This document shows positions 1-10,599 of a stretch of DNA of 64,000 bases, piece after piece; positions within the stretch are counted from its first letter, which is position 1; every line of letters starts with the position of its first letter. A program made the translations under genes and the position numbers. Origin of the DNA: an uncultured Planctomycetaceae bacterium. GTDB taxonomy: Bacteria; Planctomycetota; Planctomycetia; Planctomycetales; Planctomycetaceae. Location: contig CAWFGE010000017.1 of assembly GCA_963815195.1 (NCBI GenBank), forward strand, positions 128,001 to 192,000, read 5' to 3'. Below the pieces are notes generated by a model. That model was not told the origin of the DNA. It saw only the letters and a program-made list of their open reading frames with translations, and searched no databases.

Positions 1-24
1 AACGCGTTTTTCCACGATAGCGGT

Positions 25-567
25 CTATTTTTCAAGAAATCTTCTGATCTTATTAATCGTGTGCGGCAATTCCATTGCTTGCATTTCCCAGATTTCCGGT
101 TCAGAATACCCCCGGTCATGAGTCATCGCGAGTATCTCGCCATCGTTAAAACATTCGACGTCGGCATATCGACTTCCTGACCAAAATCCAATGCAAACTG
201 CATCATCAGTGGAGGGTTCGATTAGGCTCGGTTTAAGGTTATCCTTGTCTAATTGTGTTAATACCAAACCGGAATTCTGAATAGCAACCTGATTTGGTGC
301 TTCGGCACCATTGGAATCCCAGTTATCTGGCAGCTTTTCGATCGCCGCTAGCGTACGCAGCGCGTCCTGTAACCAGTCGCTTGATGAATCGAGGCGATGA
401 ACGTCGATCGTTGAAGAAATGTCGATAGGAAGCGCGGCCCCCTTTAATCTTTTACGATTAAAGCCGAAATCGGGCGGTGCATCATCTTGCCCTGTTGTAT
501 CGAGGGGTCGAATCTCGTCCTTGATATATTCAACTTCCTGGGTGCAAACGGCCGCATAATCTATCAT
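25..567 (-). CDS. Hypothetical acidic protein, translationally coupled to the TIGR04255-type gene
   Basis: ATG at 567 overlaps the upstream TGA (ATGA). Contains an 'LPDNWDSNGAEAP' motif typical of partners of TIGR04255-type genes. Low GC relative to the window. Confidence 0.7.
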   Translation of the reverse strand: MIDYAAVCTQEVEYIKDEIRPLDTTGQDDAPPDFGFNRKRLKGAALPIDISSTIDVHRLDSSSDWLQDALRTLAAIEKLPDNWDSNGAEAPNQVAIQNSGLVLTQLDKDNLKPSLIEPSTDDAVCIGFWSGSRYADVECFNDGEILAMTHDRGYSEPEIWEMQAMELPHTINKIRRFLEK

Positions 568-1378
568 GGTATATTTCCCCAAATTTTGTGCATTTTTTTC
601 GTGGTAAGATCCGCGAAGCCGCGTACAATCCATTCTCTTCCAAGGTCAAACCAATTGAGTATATCTGCCGTTTCTGTTGATCGTGGTTTTCCGCGGGCCA
701 CGAGGGAAAAGGCTATTGCTTGAGACCCATCCGATTTGCGAATCACAGGGTTTGCCTCGACTCGCAACCTGCCGGATCTATCGGGCATCAAATAGGAGTA
801 ATTGAAACGCGCCACTTCCGGTGCGGGAAGAAAGTCAGCTGGTTGATTTTTTCTAATAACGTTGAAAACTTGCTCCCATTCATCAACTGAAGCCCATCCT
901 TCATTCCGTTTTATGTGGTTAACGTATGTGATCTCACATTGATTAACCGAAGGAGTAGCGAGTCCTTCCTTAGTTAAGAAGCTCAAAAAGCTTTGCCAAT
1001 ATTCTTCAAAACCCGGGCGAACGAAATCCTCGTATCGCGGGTATTCGAGATCCGAGTCGAGTTTTCGCCAGTTGAAAACAAGCCTGTCATTTTGCAACTG
1101 AATCAGGCTATGTTTGTCTTCGCTGGCAAACCAACAGCGAACTTCGGGAACATTAACCTGCTCGATTCGCAACTCAGTCCGAACAAAGGGCGGTTTCTCC
1201 ACATCTTCGGATTGCGGTTGGATGGGAGTCAGAACGCTCACCTCGGGAGAGATTGGCGAACAGACTGCCAAAACAAGCCGAAGTGTGGAATCGTCCAGCC
1301 TTCCACCGGTTGAAATTGGACACTCAAGGCTGTCTCAACAACCGGTGGATTCTTAAACTGTGGGAGGGGTTCAGTCAT
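564..1378 (-). CDS. TIGR04255-family protein, frameshifted near 1250
   Basis: ATG 1378 reads MTEPLPQFKNPPVVETALSVQFQPVEGWTIPHFGLFWQSVR, then the frame changes into ORF 564..1271 (RCWF...LIQLQNDRLVFNWRK...YPRYE...CEITYVNHI...FADLTT...WG). Confidence 0.75.
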
Positions 1379-1414
1379 AGAATTAGCAGGCATCGATGAT
1401 ATTCGAGGTTGGTG

Positions 1415-2485
1415 CTAGCTGACTTTGTTGAGTTTCGTCACGCGGCCGGTGACGACCCACTCGGCGACGAAGATGTTGCCGGCCTTGTCGAAGCAGGCAT
1501 CGTGGGGGTGCACGAATTTGCCGGGCTTCCATTGGGGGCGCTGGCTGCGCATTTTGAAGCCGTTGGCGAGGACCTGTTTTCGCCACTCGGGATCTTCGCC
1601 GAGGTGCGTGATGACGTTGTTGTCTTTATCCAACAGCGTGACCCGGGCGTGCAGGTCGGGGACGAGCATGATGTCCCCCTGAATGTCGATGTCGGCCGGG
1701 AACAAGAACCCGTCGAGCTTTTTGAGGAAGTTGCCCTCGAGGTCGAACCATTGCAGGCGTTTGTTGGCCCGGTCGCAGACGGCGATTTTGGGCGTGCCGT
1801 CGCGGTCGTCGAGCCATTGGCCGTGCGGGGTTTTGAATTGGCCGTCGGCGGTGCCGGTGCCGCCGAAGCTGCTCACGTATTTGTCGTTTTTGTCGTAATG
1901 ATGAATCCACCCGCTGCCGTAGCCGTCGCCCAGGTAATACCCGCCGTCGGGGGCGAAGTTGACATTCGTGGCGCGGAAGGGGGCTTTGCCTTCGTACTTC
2001 CCGGAGTCCTTGGTGATGGTGTCTTTATCCTTCTGCCAGACGATCTCGCCGGCGAGGGTCATCTTGGAGAAGCCGAAGGTGGCGTTATTGGGGGAGAGGT
2101 ACAGAAACTCTTCGCCGGCTTCTTTGCGGATGTCGATGCCGTGCCCGACGCCGCGACCGTTTTCCTGGTGCTGTTTGCCCATCGCGCGGATGAATTTGCC
2201 CTCGGGATCGAAGACGAAGATCGACCCCGGGCCGCCGTGATGGGTAATGTAAATCAGCCCCTGGCTGTCGATGGCCACGCCGTGCGAGGCTCCGCCGTAT
2301 TCGTGGCCGCCGGGCAGGTTGCCCCAGTCGTGCTGGCATTCGTACTGATGTTCGCCTTCGCCGACGAGGACCTGCTTGGGGTCCGTTTTGCGGGCGGTTA
2401 GAATCATGGGGGCCGCAAACGTGGCGGCGGCACCGGCGACGGCGGTTTTGGTGAACTCGCGCCGGGACAGGGAACGGTCGGTCAT
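1415..2485 (-). CDS. Tat-exported NHL-repeat beta-propeller (peptidyl-alpha-hydroxyglycine lyase-like)
   Basis: Twin-arginine SRREF signal; repeated NHL motifs (HGVAIDSQGLIY, FKTPHG, FVHPHDACFDKAGNIFVAEW). Confidence 0.85.
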   Translation of the reverse strand: MTDRSLSRREFTKTAVAGAAATFAAPMILTARKTDPKQVLVGEGEHQYECQHDWGNLPGGHEYGGASHGVAIDSQGLIYITHHGGPGSIFVFDPEGKFIRAMGKQHQENGRGVGHGIDIRKEAGEEFLYLSPNNATFGFSKMTLAGEIVWQKDKDTITKDSGKYEGKAPFRATNVNFAPDGGYYLGDGYGSGWIHHYDKNDKYVSSFGGTGTADGQFKTPHGQWLDDRDGTPKIAVCDRANKRLQWFDLEGNFLKKLDGFLFPADIDIQGDIMLVPDLHARVTLLDKDNNVITHLGEDPEWRKQVLANGFKMRSQRPQWKPGKFVHPHDACFDKAGNIFVAEWVVTGRVTKLNKVS

Positions 2486-2586
2486 GATGGCTCTCTCCGA
2501 AAGAGGTCGGCAAAAATTGCCCAATGCGAAAAGTATTCCAGAATGCATGGTAACCAGCCGAGCGACCCATCGCCATCAAAACGGCA

Positions 2587-3538
2587 TTACTCCGGCAGGT
2601 CCAGCAGTTTGGCGGCGTTTTTGTGGCTGAGTTTGTCGATTTCGGGCCCCGTAAAATTCTCTTCGCGCAGTTCCAGGAGGAAGGCTTTCATGCCGTCGGT
2701 GTGGATGGGATTCAGATATTGCCCCAGATCGGACGACAGCACGAAATGATCCGCCCCCACCGCGGATGGCTTTGGCGTATTCCTTCGTCGAGACGTGCTT
2801 CCACTGCCTTTGAGACGGCAAATGCGACTGCGGGCCTTGCAGGTTCGACAGCCACACGCATTCCAGTTTCGCCCCCAGTCGGGCGGCTTCTTTCATCTGG
2901 TCGATCGACATGCGAACCGGATCGGCCATGGCATGCGTGACGAGCAGGCGTTTCACGCCGGCTTTCTTCGCCGCGCGGATCAGGATCAAACATTCCTCCG
3001 CCGAGGAATGCCCGGTCTCCAAGACGAGGTCGTGTTTGGCGGCGAGGTCGAAGATCGGCTTAAGCTCCGGCACGGGTTTTCCGTCGCGGACCACGGACAC
3101 GAACGGCCGCTTCTCCTGGAACCGGGCCACGTGATTCTCGGCATCGAAGGTCGGCAGCCAGACGACTTTTCCCCGCCCGCCGGTGAATGCCACCATCTGC
3201 TCGACGGCGGCGGCGTTCAAACCGCCCACCGCGCGGTTGAGCACAATCCCGCCGTAACACCGCATGCCCGTCGCGCGCTCGGCCAGCCACGCGCGGTCGG
3301 CGGTCATCGTGAAATGGTTCTTGAGCACGATCGCCTGCATGCCGTTGGCTTTGGCGATTTTGGCGATCTCCAGATCGGTCACGCTGCGGGTGAAGCTGTC
3401 CGGGCCGGAATGCACATGAAAATCAATCGCCCCCTGGAGCGGATTGCCGGTGAGCGTGACCGGAGCCTGAGCTATGGCCGCTCGTCCGGAAAGACACAGC
3501 ATCCCGATTCCCCAAACCAACATCTTTGCCGCACGCAT
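2587..3538 (-). CDS. Secreted amidohydrolase/PHP-like protein (DUF6282-like), frameshifted near 2761
   Basis: Signal peptide; DFHVHSGPD, VLKNH, VVWLPTFDA, LETGH, LVTH. The C-terminus continues in another frame (VGADHFVLSSDLGQYLNP...KNAAKLLDLPE*). Confidence 0.75.
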
Positions 3539-3653
3539 CGCGCCCGTCCCTTGTCTCGATCCCCCGATTCACCGGCCGACACGACCGGTTTCTCGGACAT
3601 TACAACCGATCGGCCGGGAAATGAAAAGTCGCCGCGGGATGCGTTGCGGGCCG

Positions 3654-4256
3654 TCAAGCGAGGATCAGGGGTTTTCGTTTTTGCGCGGTCTCGGCGTCGC
3701 GGGTGAGTTGCAAGGGGCCCAGGGTTCCGTCTTCGCCGGCATCGAACGCCCGGCCCCAATCGGGGAAGCGGCCGAGGTTCAACCGGCAGAGAATCTGATA
3801 GTCGCGGATCATCTTGTGGCGGATATCGGGATCGACGACGAGCGCGGCATCGGCGGCGGTCACGACCGCGGCGATGACTTTACTGCCTTCGGTCGCCCGG
3901 CTCGGGGCTTTGACGGATTGCAGCGCCAACGCCGCCGCGTTGACGGCGGCATAGGCCGCGTTGCAGCTTAAGGCGGCCCGCGTGTCCGGCGATTCGCCTT
4001 CGCTGACGGCCATCAACGCATGCACCACCCGCTCCTCCGCCGAGACCACCACCTGCTCCTCTTGCAGACGGCCGGCCACGAAGTCGAGCGAAGTCTGGAC
4101 GGCCTCCCGCACCGCTTCCTCCGCCAAATATCCCGCGGGATGTCCCGCCGGCAGAGAAAAGTACGGGGCCACCCGCTGGGCACACCGGGCGGCATAGGCC
4201 ACCAAAGCCCGCAGCGGCAATTTCTTCAACAAATTCCCATTGGGGATTCCAGCCAT
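3654..4256 (-). CDS. Hypothetical Ala-rich helical protein
   Basis: AAGGAG SD before ATG 4256; 'LPLRALVAYAARCAQRV' N-terminus; codon usage typical of the window. Confidence 0.6.
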   Translation of the reverse strand: MAGIPNGNLLKKLPLRALVAYAARCAQRVAPYFSLPAGHPAGYLAEEAVREAVQTSLDFVAGRLQEEQVVVSAEERVVHALMAVSEGESPDTRAALSCNAAYAAVNAAALALQSVKAPSRATEGSKVIAAVVTAADAALVVDPDIRHKMIRDYQILCRLNLGRFPDWGRAFDAGEDGTLGPLQLTRDAETAQKRKPLILA

Positions 4257-4700
4257 CGAACGCTCGTGCTCCTTGAAAAAATGCGGCCCGCACTTTGGCA
4301 TCGATGAATGACAACCGGCAGGGCGACGCGATTTTGCCGCGACGCGTTTTTTTTCGTCAGAAGCCGGCCTTAAGAAAACCTACATCACAGTCCGAAGCGT
4401 GCAGGCGAATGCCGCTCGCGGCCTGCGACATCCTCCCAAACGGCGGGGCAGATTCCCGAGAATCCGCAAATCCGGCACGACTGGTCCGGGAATCCCCTTG
4501 TTCGGCATCCTGCGATCCATTTTTTTCGGGCAAGGGAGAAAATGGAATCAACATTTACTAACGCAGCGTGCGCAAATCCGCACGTTTTTCCGATTCAAAA
4601 TCCCAAATCCGAATTTCGAGGTTTGCATTTCGGATTTTCCCGTCCCCGGCTTTTCCCCTCTTCCGCTTTTCGATCCTTCGACTTGGAACGGACGACGATC

Positions 4701-5624
4701 ATGATGCCGACCCTCACCGAATCCGTGGATGCCGTCGATCGGCTGATCGACCGCATCGGACAATTGCACGCCTCCCCGACCGTGTCGCAAAGACTGTTGC
4801 AGTTGACGCGTCATCCGGAGTTTTCCATTTCGGAAGTGGCCGACTGTCTGGAGCACGACCCGGCGCTTGCCGCCCGGATCTTGCGCGTGGTCAATTCGTC
4901 CCGGTACGGGTTGTCGCGGAAGGTCAGCAGCATCCGGCACGCCGCGGCCTATTTGGGGCAGCGGTCGCTGCGGATGTTTGCGATCACGTTTGCCCTCGTG
5001 GAAACGCTGACCTCGAAATCGCCCGTCTCCACCGGATACTGGCCGCGGGCGATTACGATGGCCTCGTCGGTGTCGCTGCTCTGTGAGAATCGCGCCCCCA
5101 AATGCCGAGACGACGCCTACACGAGCGGGCTGTTGGCGGACGTGGGGATTCTCGTCTTGGCCCAACTCGAAGCCCCGCGGTACGAGCCGCTGTTCGCCAC
5201 GCACGAGCACGGATCCGACCTGCTAACGGTCGAGCAAGAGGCATTTCAGTTTACGCATCCCCTGCTGGGAGCGCGGTTGTTGCAAATGTGGGAAGTGCCC
5301 GATCCCGTCGTGAATGCGGTCGCGATGCACCACGGCCCGGCTTCGACGGGCGATATGCTGGAACGGGTCGTGCAAGCGGGGGACATTCTCGCCTCGGCGG
5401 TGGTCGATCCCGAGCCCGAGAAAATCGCCCGGGTCCGATTGCGATTCTCCGACGAGTTCGACTTCGACCGCGCGAGTTTCCTGGCGTTTGCGGAAACGCT
5501 TCAGCAACGGATCATCCAAGGCGAAGACCTCGCCGATTGCGGAACCCGCCTCGCCGGGCGGTTTGCCGAGTTCTTGCAGTTCCTCCGCACCGAGCCCGAT
5601 CAAACCGAAACGGTGGTGATGTGA
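4701..5624 (+). CDS. HDOD domain signal-transduction protein
   Basis: DPALAARILRVVNSSRYGL...VSSIRHAAAYLG; AYTSGLLADVGILVL; THPLLGARLLQMW...AVAMHH. Confidence 0.9.
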   Translation: MMPTLTESVDAVDRLIDRIGQLHASPTVSQRLLQLTRHPEFSISEVADCLEHDPALAARILRVVNSSRYGLSRKVSSIRHAAAYLGQRSLRMFAITFALVETLTSKSPVSTGYWPRAITMASSVSLLCENRAPKCRDDAYTSGLLADVGILVLAQLEAPRYEPLFATHEHGSDLLTVEQEAFQFTHPLLGARLLQMWEVPDPVVNAVAMHHGPASTGDMLERVVQAGDILASAVVDPEPEKIARVRLRFSDEFDFDRASFLAFAETLQQRIIQGEDLADCGTRLAGRFAEFLQFLRTEPDQTETVVM

Positions 5625-6072
5625 AGAGAGCCGCGCACGCCGTAAGCGGATTTTTTTGGAGTCCCGCTTACTGCGTGCGCGGCTCTTTCTGTGCGCGGCG
5701 TTTTCTGTGCGCGGCGTTTTCTAATGCGAAATTCAATCGTTTTGGCCGCGGGCTGGAAATCTTGACAACCCGCACAATCGGCAGGGGTTGTCGCGCGTTT
5801 TCGGGCGGAAGTTCAAATTCCCCAAGTAAAGCGCTATTTGGGGGATTCCCTTGACGATGAATGTTCCGTGCGTGTCGGTGATGCTGCGGAGCACTCCACA
5901 CCCAGTCCTTGGGCGGCTCCTTCACGTTGAAAACGCCGTCGCCGGAAGCCGCCCGGAGGATTGCCTTTGTTTCGGGAGAAGTTTATGCCTCACGGGACCG
6001 TCGAGGAATGGCCGTCCCGGTCATTTTTCTCGTTTTCCGTTACGCCGGTCCGCTGGAGAAGGAGTTCAAGTG

Positions 6073-6297
6073 ATGCTAGTGCTGTCAAGACAGCGGGACG
6101 AGAGCATCATCATCGGGGACGACATCGTAATTACGATTGTCAATATCCGAGGTGATAAAGTTCGCCTGGGGATTCAGGCCCCCAAAGAGATCCCCGTTCA
6201 CCGCCAGGAAGTTTACGACGCGATCAAGAGACAGAGCGCTTCGCCGAACGCGCCGGACTCGGTTGCGGATCCCACGGATTCGGAAAATGCTTCCTGA
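6073..6297 (+). CDS. csrA: Carbon storage regulator CsrA
   Basis: [56 protein letters not shown]. Confidence 0.97.
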   Translation: MLVLSRQRDESIIIGDDIVITIVNIRGDKVRLGIQAPKEIPVHRQEVYDAIKRQSASPNAPDSVADPTDSENAS

Positions 6298-6859
6298 CAG
6301 CCCGCCTGCGGATTGGCCCCTGAGACCCGTCCCGCCCGCTTCCCCTTTTGGCACTGGCGCGATTCATCCGCGCGGGGTTTCCCTAAGGGCCAAGCCCATG
6401 CGGTTGTTCTGGGCGCGAATTGAAGGATGCCCCCTCGGCGACGGTTGCATCGGCCGCAACGATCTTGACGCCGTGATTCCCATTTCCATCGCATTCCGGG
6501 AATTCCCTTTAAGTTCCTCAGCGTTTCCCATTTTTTCTGACCGATAGTTTGCTGAAGAGAAGTTTCACGGGCGTTTCCGCTTTCCAACCGCGCGATGCGG
6601 GATGACAACGAAGACAGCGGGGGCGTCGTTTGGATGAAACCGATCCCCCAATCCGCTTCCGAAGGACTCGGCCGACTCCCCAGAACCCCGGCCCCTTCCC
6701 AAAGCGACCACGAAACACAACAAATGCGGTGACACGTTTTTCCGGTGGAAACCCGATCGGCGGGTCATCCAGGACGAAAACAACCCCTTTGCCAGCCGCA
6801 GGAACAATCGGTCCGGCAGTTTCCAACGGAACCAGCACACAGAGAAAGGGTCTTCCTTC

Positions 6860-8989
6860 ATGTCTCGAATCAACACAAACATCGCCGCCCTCACGGGCCT
6901 CAGGAACTTGAATAAAGCCAACGACCTGTTGAACACGTCGTTGACGCGGCTCTCGACGGGCCTTCAAATCAACTCCGGCAGAGACAACCCGGCCGGTTTG
7001 ATCGCCAGCGAATCGCTGCGGTTGCAGGTCACCAGCATCGAGCAGTCCATCAAAAACAGCAACCGGGCCAACGACGTGATTTCCACGGCGGACGGGGCAC
7101 TTGGGGAAATCAACGGGCTCTTAAGCCAGGTTCGCGGCCTGGTGCAGGAAGGCCTGAACGACGGGGCGTTATCCCAGTCGGAAATCGAGGCGAACCAGCT
7201 CCAAATCGACGCCGCCCTCTCCGCCATCAACCGGATTTCCTCGAACACCACCTTCGCCGGCGACAAGCTCATCGATGGCAGCAAGGCGTTTACGACCACC
7301 GTCTCCACGGCCGACTCGGCCAAGCTCGACGACTTCCGCATCAACGAAGCCTTGCTCGGCACGAGCGGTCAAATCGATTTGAACACCGAGGTCACCTCCG
7401 CCGCCGAGAAAGCCCAACTGCGATACGCCGGCGGCGACTTGACGGGCGCGTCCACAATTGAAATCTCCGGCTCCAACGGCCAGGAAGTGTTGTTCCTGGG
7501 CGGGTCCAGCACGGTGCAAAACATCCGCGACGCCGTGAACAACGTCTCGGATTCCACCGGCGTGACAGCCCGCGTTTTGGACGGGGCATCGCAGACGATC
7601 GCCGCCACCCAATCCGCCGCGACCTTGGATTCCGCCGCCGCCAATGCCGACGTGACCTTCACGCGGGTCGACGCCGGCACCGATGCGACCTTGGGCGGAA
7701 AAGTCTCTGTGTCCTTTGTCGATCCCGGGGCCGCCAGCCAGAGTCTGGGCGTCAACACCACCGTCAATTCCAACGGCGACGTGGACATTGTGGTCAGCCT
7801 GGCCACGGACGGGGCCTCGGCCATCACCTCCACGGCCGACGACATTCAAAACCTGATCAACAACGACGCCACCGCCAGCCAATACGTCACGGCGGCCGAA
7901 GAAGGCACGGGAGCGGGTGTGGTCGATGCCATCGCCGCGACCGACCTGACCGGTGCCCTGGACGCGGGCACGCTGAACTTCATCGACGCCCGCCCCACCG
8001 GCTCGGCCGGGACCGTGAACGTCGTTCTGGCCGATCCGGGTGCCAACAACTCGCCCTTGGGCGTGTCGGTGTCCACGAGCGGCAACGATTCCACGGTGAC
8101 CGTCAATCTCGCCACCGACGGCACCGGCACGATCACCTCGACCCTCGATGAGATCGCCGCCGCGATTCAGAACGACAGCACCGCCAGCGGGTTGATCGAC
8201 GCCAGCGTGACCGGCGAGGGCAACTCGGTCTCCACCGCCCTCGGCTCCACGGCGCTCGACCAAACGAACGGCTCGGTCCTCGCCTTCGAAAGCGCGAACT
8301 ACGGATCCCGCGAGTTCGTGGGCCTCAACGTCCTCGACGGCACCTTCGACACCACCGGCTCCGACAACACCACCGAATCCCGCCGGGACACCGGAGAGGA
8401 CATCGGCGTCACCGTCAACGGCCAGGCCGCCGAAGGCGACGGGCTGAAAGCCACCGTGCGGAACTCCACGCTCGACGCCTCCTTCAGCTTCGACAAAGAC
8501 AGCAACGCCGTCGGCACCACCGCGACCGTTCAGATCACCGGGGGCGGGGCGCTGTTCCAGATCGGCCAGGAAGTCTCCGCCGCCGGCCAGGTCGGGATCG
8601 GCATCGACGCCGTCAACACCGCCCGTCTCGGCGGCATCACCGGGAAGCTCTACGAACTCGGCACGGGCAACGGCAAAAGCCTGCTGGACGTGAGTGCCGG
8701 AAAAGCCAACGGGGCCGACCTGGTCAGCATCATCGAAGAAGCCCTCGACCGCGTCTCCACGCTCCGGGGCCGATTGGGATCGGTGCAGAAAAACGTGATC
8801 GAGACCAACGTCTCCACGCTGGGCGTGGCCTTGGAAAACATCTCCGCGGCCCGCAGCGAAATCACCGACACCGACTTCGCCTCCGAAACCGCCGCCCTCA
8901 CCAAAGCCCAGATTCTGCAACAATCGGGCATCTCCGTGTTGTCCATCGCCAACCAGGCCCCGCAGCAAGTCTTGAAGCTGCTCGGATAA
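6860..8989 (+). CDS. fliC: Flagellin (709 aa) with a large variable region
   Basis: N-terminus SRINTNIAAL...RLSTGLQINSGRDNPAGL; C-terminus SEITDTDFASETAALTKAQILQQSGISVLSIANQAPQQVLKLLG. Confidence 0.97.
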   Translation: MSRINTNIAALTGLRNLNKANDLLNTSLTRLSTGLQINSGRDNPAGLIASESLRLQVTSIEQSIKNSNRANDVISTADGALGEINGLLSQVRGLVQEGLNDGALSQSEIEANQLQIDAALSAINRISSNTTFAGDKLIDGSKAFTTTVSTADSAKLDDFRINEALLGTSGQIDLNTEVTSAAEKAQLRYAGGDLTGASTIEISGSNGQEVLFLGGSSTVQNIRDAVNNVSDSTGVTARVLDGASQTIAATQSAATLDSAAANADVTFTRVDAGTDATLGGKVSVSFVDPGAASQSLGVNTTVNSNGDVDIVVSLATDGASAITSTADDIQNLINNDATASQYVTAAEEGTGAGVVDAIAATDLTGALDAGTLNFIDARPTGSAGTVNVVLADPGANNSPLGVSVSTSGNDSTVTVNLATDGTGTITSTLDEIAAAIQNDSTASGLIDASVTGEGNSVSTALGSTALDQTNGSVLAFESANYGSREFVGLNVLDGTFDTTGSDNTTESRRDTGEDIGVTVNGQAAEGDGLKATVRNSTLDASFSFDKDSNAVGTTATVQITGGGALFQIGQEVSAAGQVGIGIDAVNTARLGGITGKLYELGTGNGKSLLDVSAGKANGADLVSIIEEALDRVSTLRGRLGSVQKNVIETNVSTLGVALENISAARSEITDTDFASETAALTKAQILQQSGISVLSIANQAPQQVLKLLG

Positions 8990-9025
8990 TCTCCACGCCG
9001 GATTTGATGACCCGCAACAACGCCC

Positions 9026-9070
9026 CAACCGGCGGCTTCGCCCTCCAGCGAAGCCGCCGGTTGTCGTTTT
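9026..9070 (+). terminator. Intrinsic terminator after fliC
   Basis: CAACCGGCGGCTTCGC-cctcca-GCGAAGCCGCCGGTTG followed by TCGTTTT. Confidence 0.8.
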
Positions 9071-9147
9071 CGCGTTTAGAACATGTATTGAAATTGCATT
9101 GATATAAAGAACCGCTACAACTCGACGGCACCGATTCCCGATTCCGC

Positions 9148-10554
9148 TTAACTCAAGAACCACTTCGCTTTGGAAATCTGCTCTTCCGCGTAGCGCTCTT
9201 GGAAGGATTCGCGATCGAGGGCGTACAGCGGGCTGATTTCGACCTCGCCGAAGGGCTTGTCGGCGACGGACTCGAGCCATTCGCGGTGGATTCGCAACAG
9301 GGCTTGCCTGGCTTCGGCGGGGGAGTCGTGGCCTTCCGCGTTTTTCACCGCGTTAAACTCCGCCGCGCGGTCGGCTTCCACCACCAGCGCAGTGCCCGCT
9401 TGCGGCAGGGCATCGAATATGAACCGCTCGAACTTCCACGCGTTCGGCGCCTCCGGCTCGACCAGGTCGCCGGCTTCGTTTAAGTGCGGCACCTTTTTGT
9501 GGGCGCGGTGGAAGGGCAGACTCAGTTCATCTTCGAGCAGTCGCTCCAGAAATGATCGGCTGAAGACGTGCATCGCCGTGTTCCCGGCCCAAAACCGCAG
9601 TTGTCCGTTTTCGGTTTGCTGCTTCACCTCGTCGGGCATGTCGCTGTATTCGATGATCTGGGTCCGGCCGTCCACATCGACCAGAACGCCCATTTTTTCT
9701 TCCGCCGAGCGCTTGGCGACGACCTTGGTGGACAGGTCGGAATCTTTCAGCACATGAAAGCCGAGAAACGCCGGGTCGCACACCTGGGCCGTGGGATTGT
9801 CCACCTGGTGATAGTGGAGATACTCGACGCCCCGGCGGTTCATGTCGTCGATCAGCCCGGCGTCCTTGAGGGCGAAGAGCAACCCCCCGTGCCCGTTGGG
9901 GCTGAGGCACAGCCGATGTTTGTCCGCCAAAAGCAGCCGGCCGGTCTCGGCTTCGACCGCGGGCATGTTGCCTTGCTTGAAAAAGTGCACCTCGCCTTCC
10001 GAGAGACCGAAGTTCCGATGCTGCTCGAAGTACTCCACCGTCTCCCGATGGGTGGCATCGCTGGTCATGATGTAATAGGGAATCGGATAGCCGGCAATCT
10101 TCGCGCGGGCCTGGACCTGCTCCGCGAGGATTTGAAACAGCGAATGCCCGCTCACGGGGCCGATGGGAAACATGCCCTTGGGATGCGGAAAGCCCAGCCG
10201 GGTTCCCTGGCCGCCCGCGACCAGAATCGTCCCCACTTTCCCGGCGGCGAGGAGTTCGTGGCCCTTTTTCGCGGCGGCCCGCCATTGGTTTTGCTCGGCC
10301 TCCGACTTTGGCAGGCGGACGATCTGATGCGGCGGCTCGGCCCGGCGGGCTTTCTCGGCGGGCGATTCGCTCGGCGTTTCCGCTTTGCCCCCGGCACAAA
10401 GTTCCCGCAGCTGCGCAAAATCCACCGCCGCCATTTGGCCCGCCAAGGTGTTTTGCTGGTCGGCAGTCAATTCCCCCCACCAGCGGAGCACATGCGATTG
10501 GTCGAACTGTTCGAGCGTTTTTACCAATGAAGCCGGCGGCGTTTGCTGAGTCAT
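9148..10554 (-). CDS. UDPGP-family uridylyltransferase (UDP-GlcNAc/UDP-glucose pyrophosphorylase)
   Basis: ILVAGGQGTRLGFPHPKG, FKQGNMPAV, SPNGHGG, HQVDNP, IIEYSD, KFERFIFD, EFNAVKN. Confidence 0.92.
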   Translation of the reverse strand: MTQQTPPASLVKTLEQFDQSHVLRWWGELTADQQNTLAGQMAAVDFAQLRELCAGGKAETPSESPAEKARRAEPPHQIVRLPKSEAEQNQWRAAAKKGHELLAAGKVGTILVAGGQGTRLGFPHPKGMFPIGPVSGHSLFQILAEQVQARAKIAGYPIPYYIMTSDATHRETVEYFEQHRNFGLSEGEVHFFKQGNMPAVEAETGRLLLADKHRLCLSPNGHGGLLFALKDAGLIDDMNRRGVEYLHYHQVDNPTAQVCDPAFLGFHVLKDSDLSTKVVAKRSAEEKMGVLVDVDGRTQIIEYSDMPDEVKQQTENGQLRFWAGNTAMHVFSRSFLERLLEDELSLPFHRAHKKVPHLNEAGDLVEPEAPNAWKFERFIFDALPQAGTALVVEADRAAEFNAVKNAEGHDSPAEARQALLRIHREWLESVADKPFGEVEISPLYALDRESFQERYAEEQISKAKWFLS

Positions 10555-10599
10555 TTTTGTCCGTCGAGATTTGAGATTCGCTTGAAACCGAAAACTGAA

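Noticed and set aside
7169..9280. Long antisense ORFs (703 aa here; also 24603-26861, 16462-18126, 57068-59218)
   Set aside because: They are shadows of high-GC coding genes on the opposite strand, with no motifs of their own.
9148..10554. Eukaryote-like UDPGP enzyme as recent HGT
   Set aside because: The family is known in PVC bacteria and its composition matches the host.
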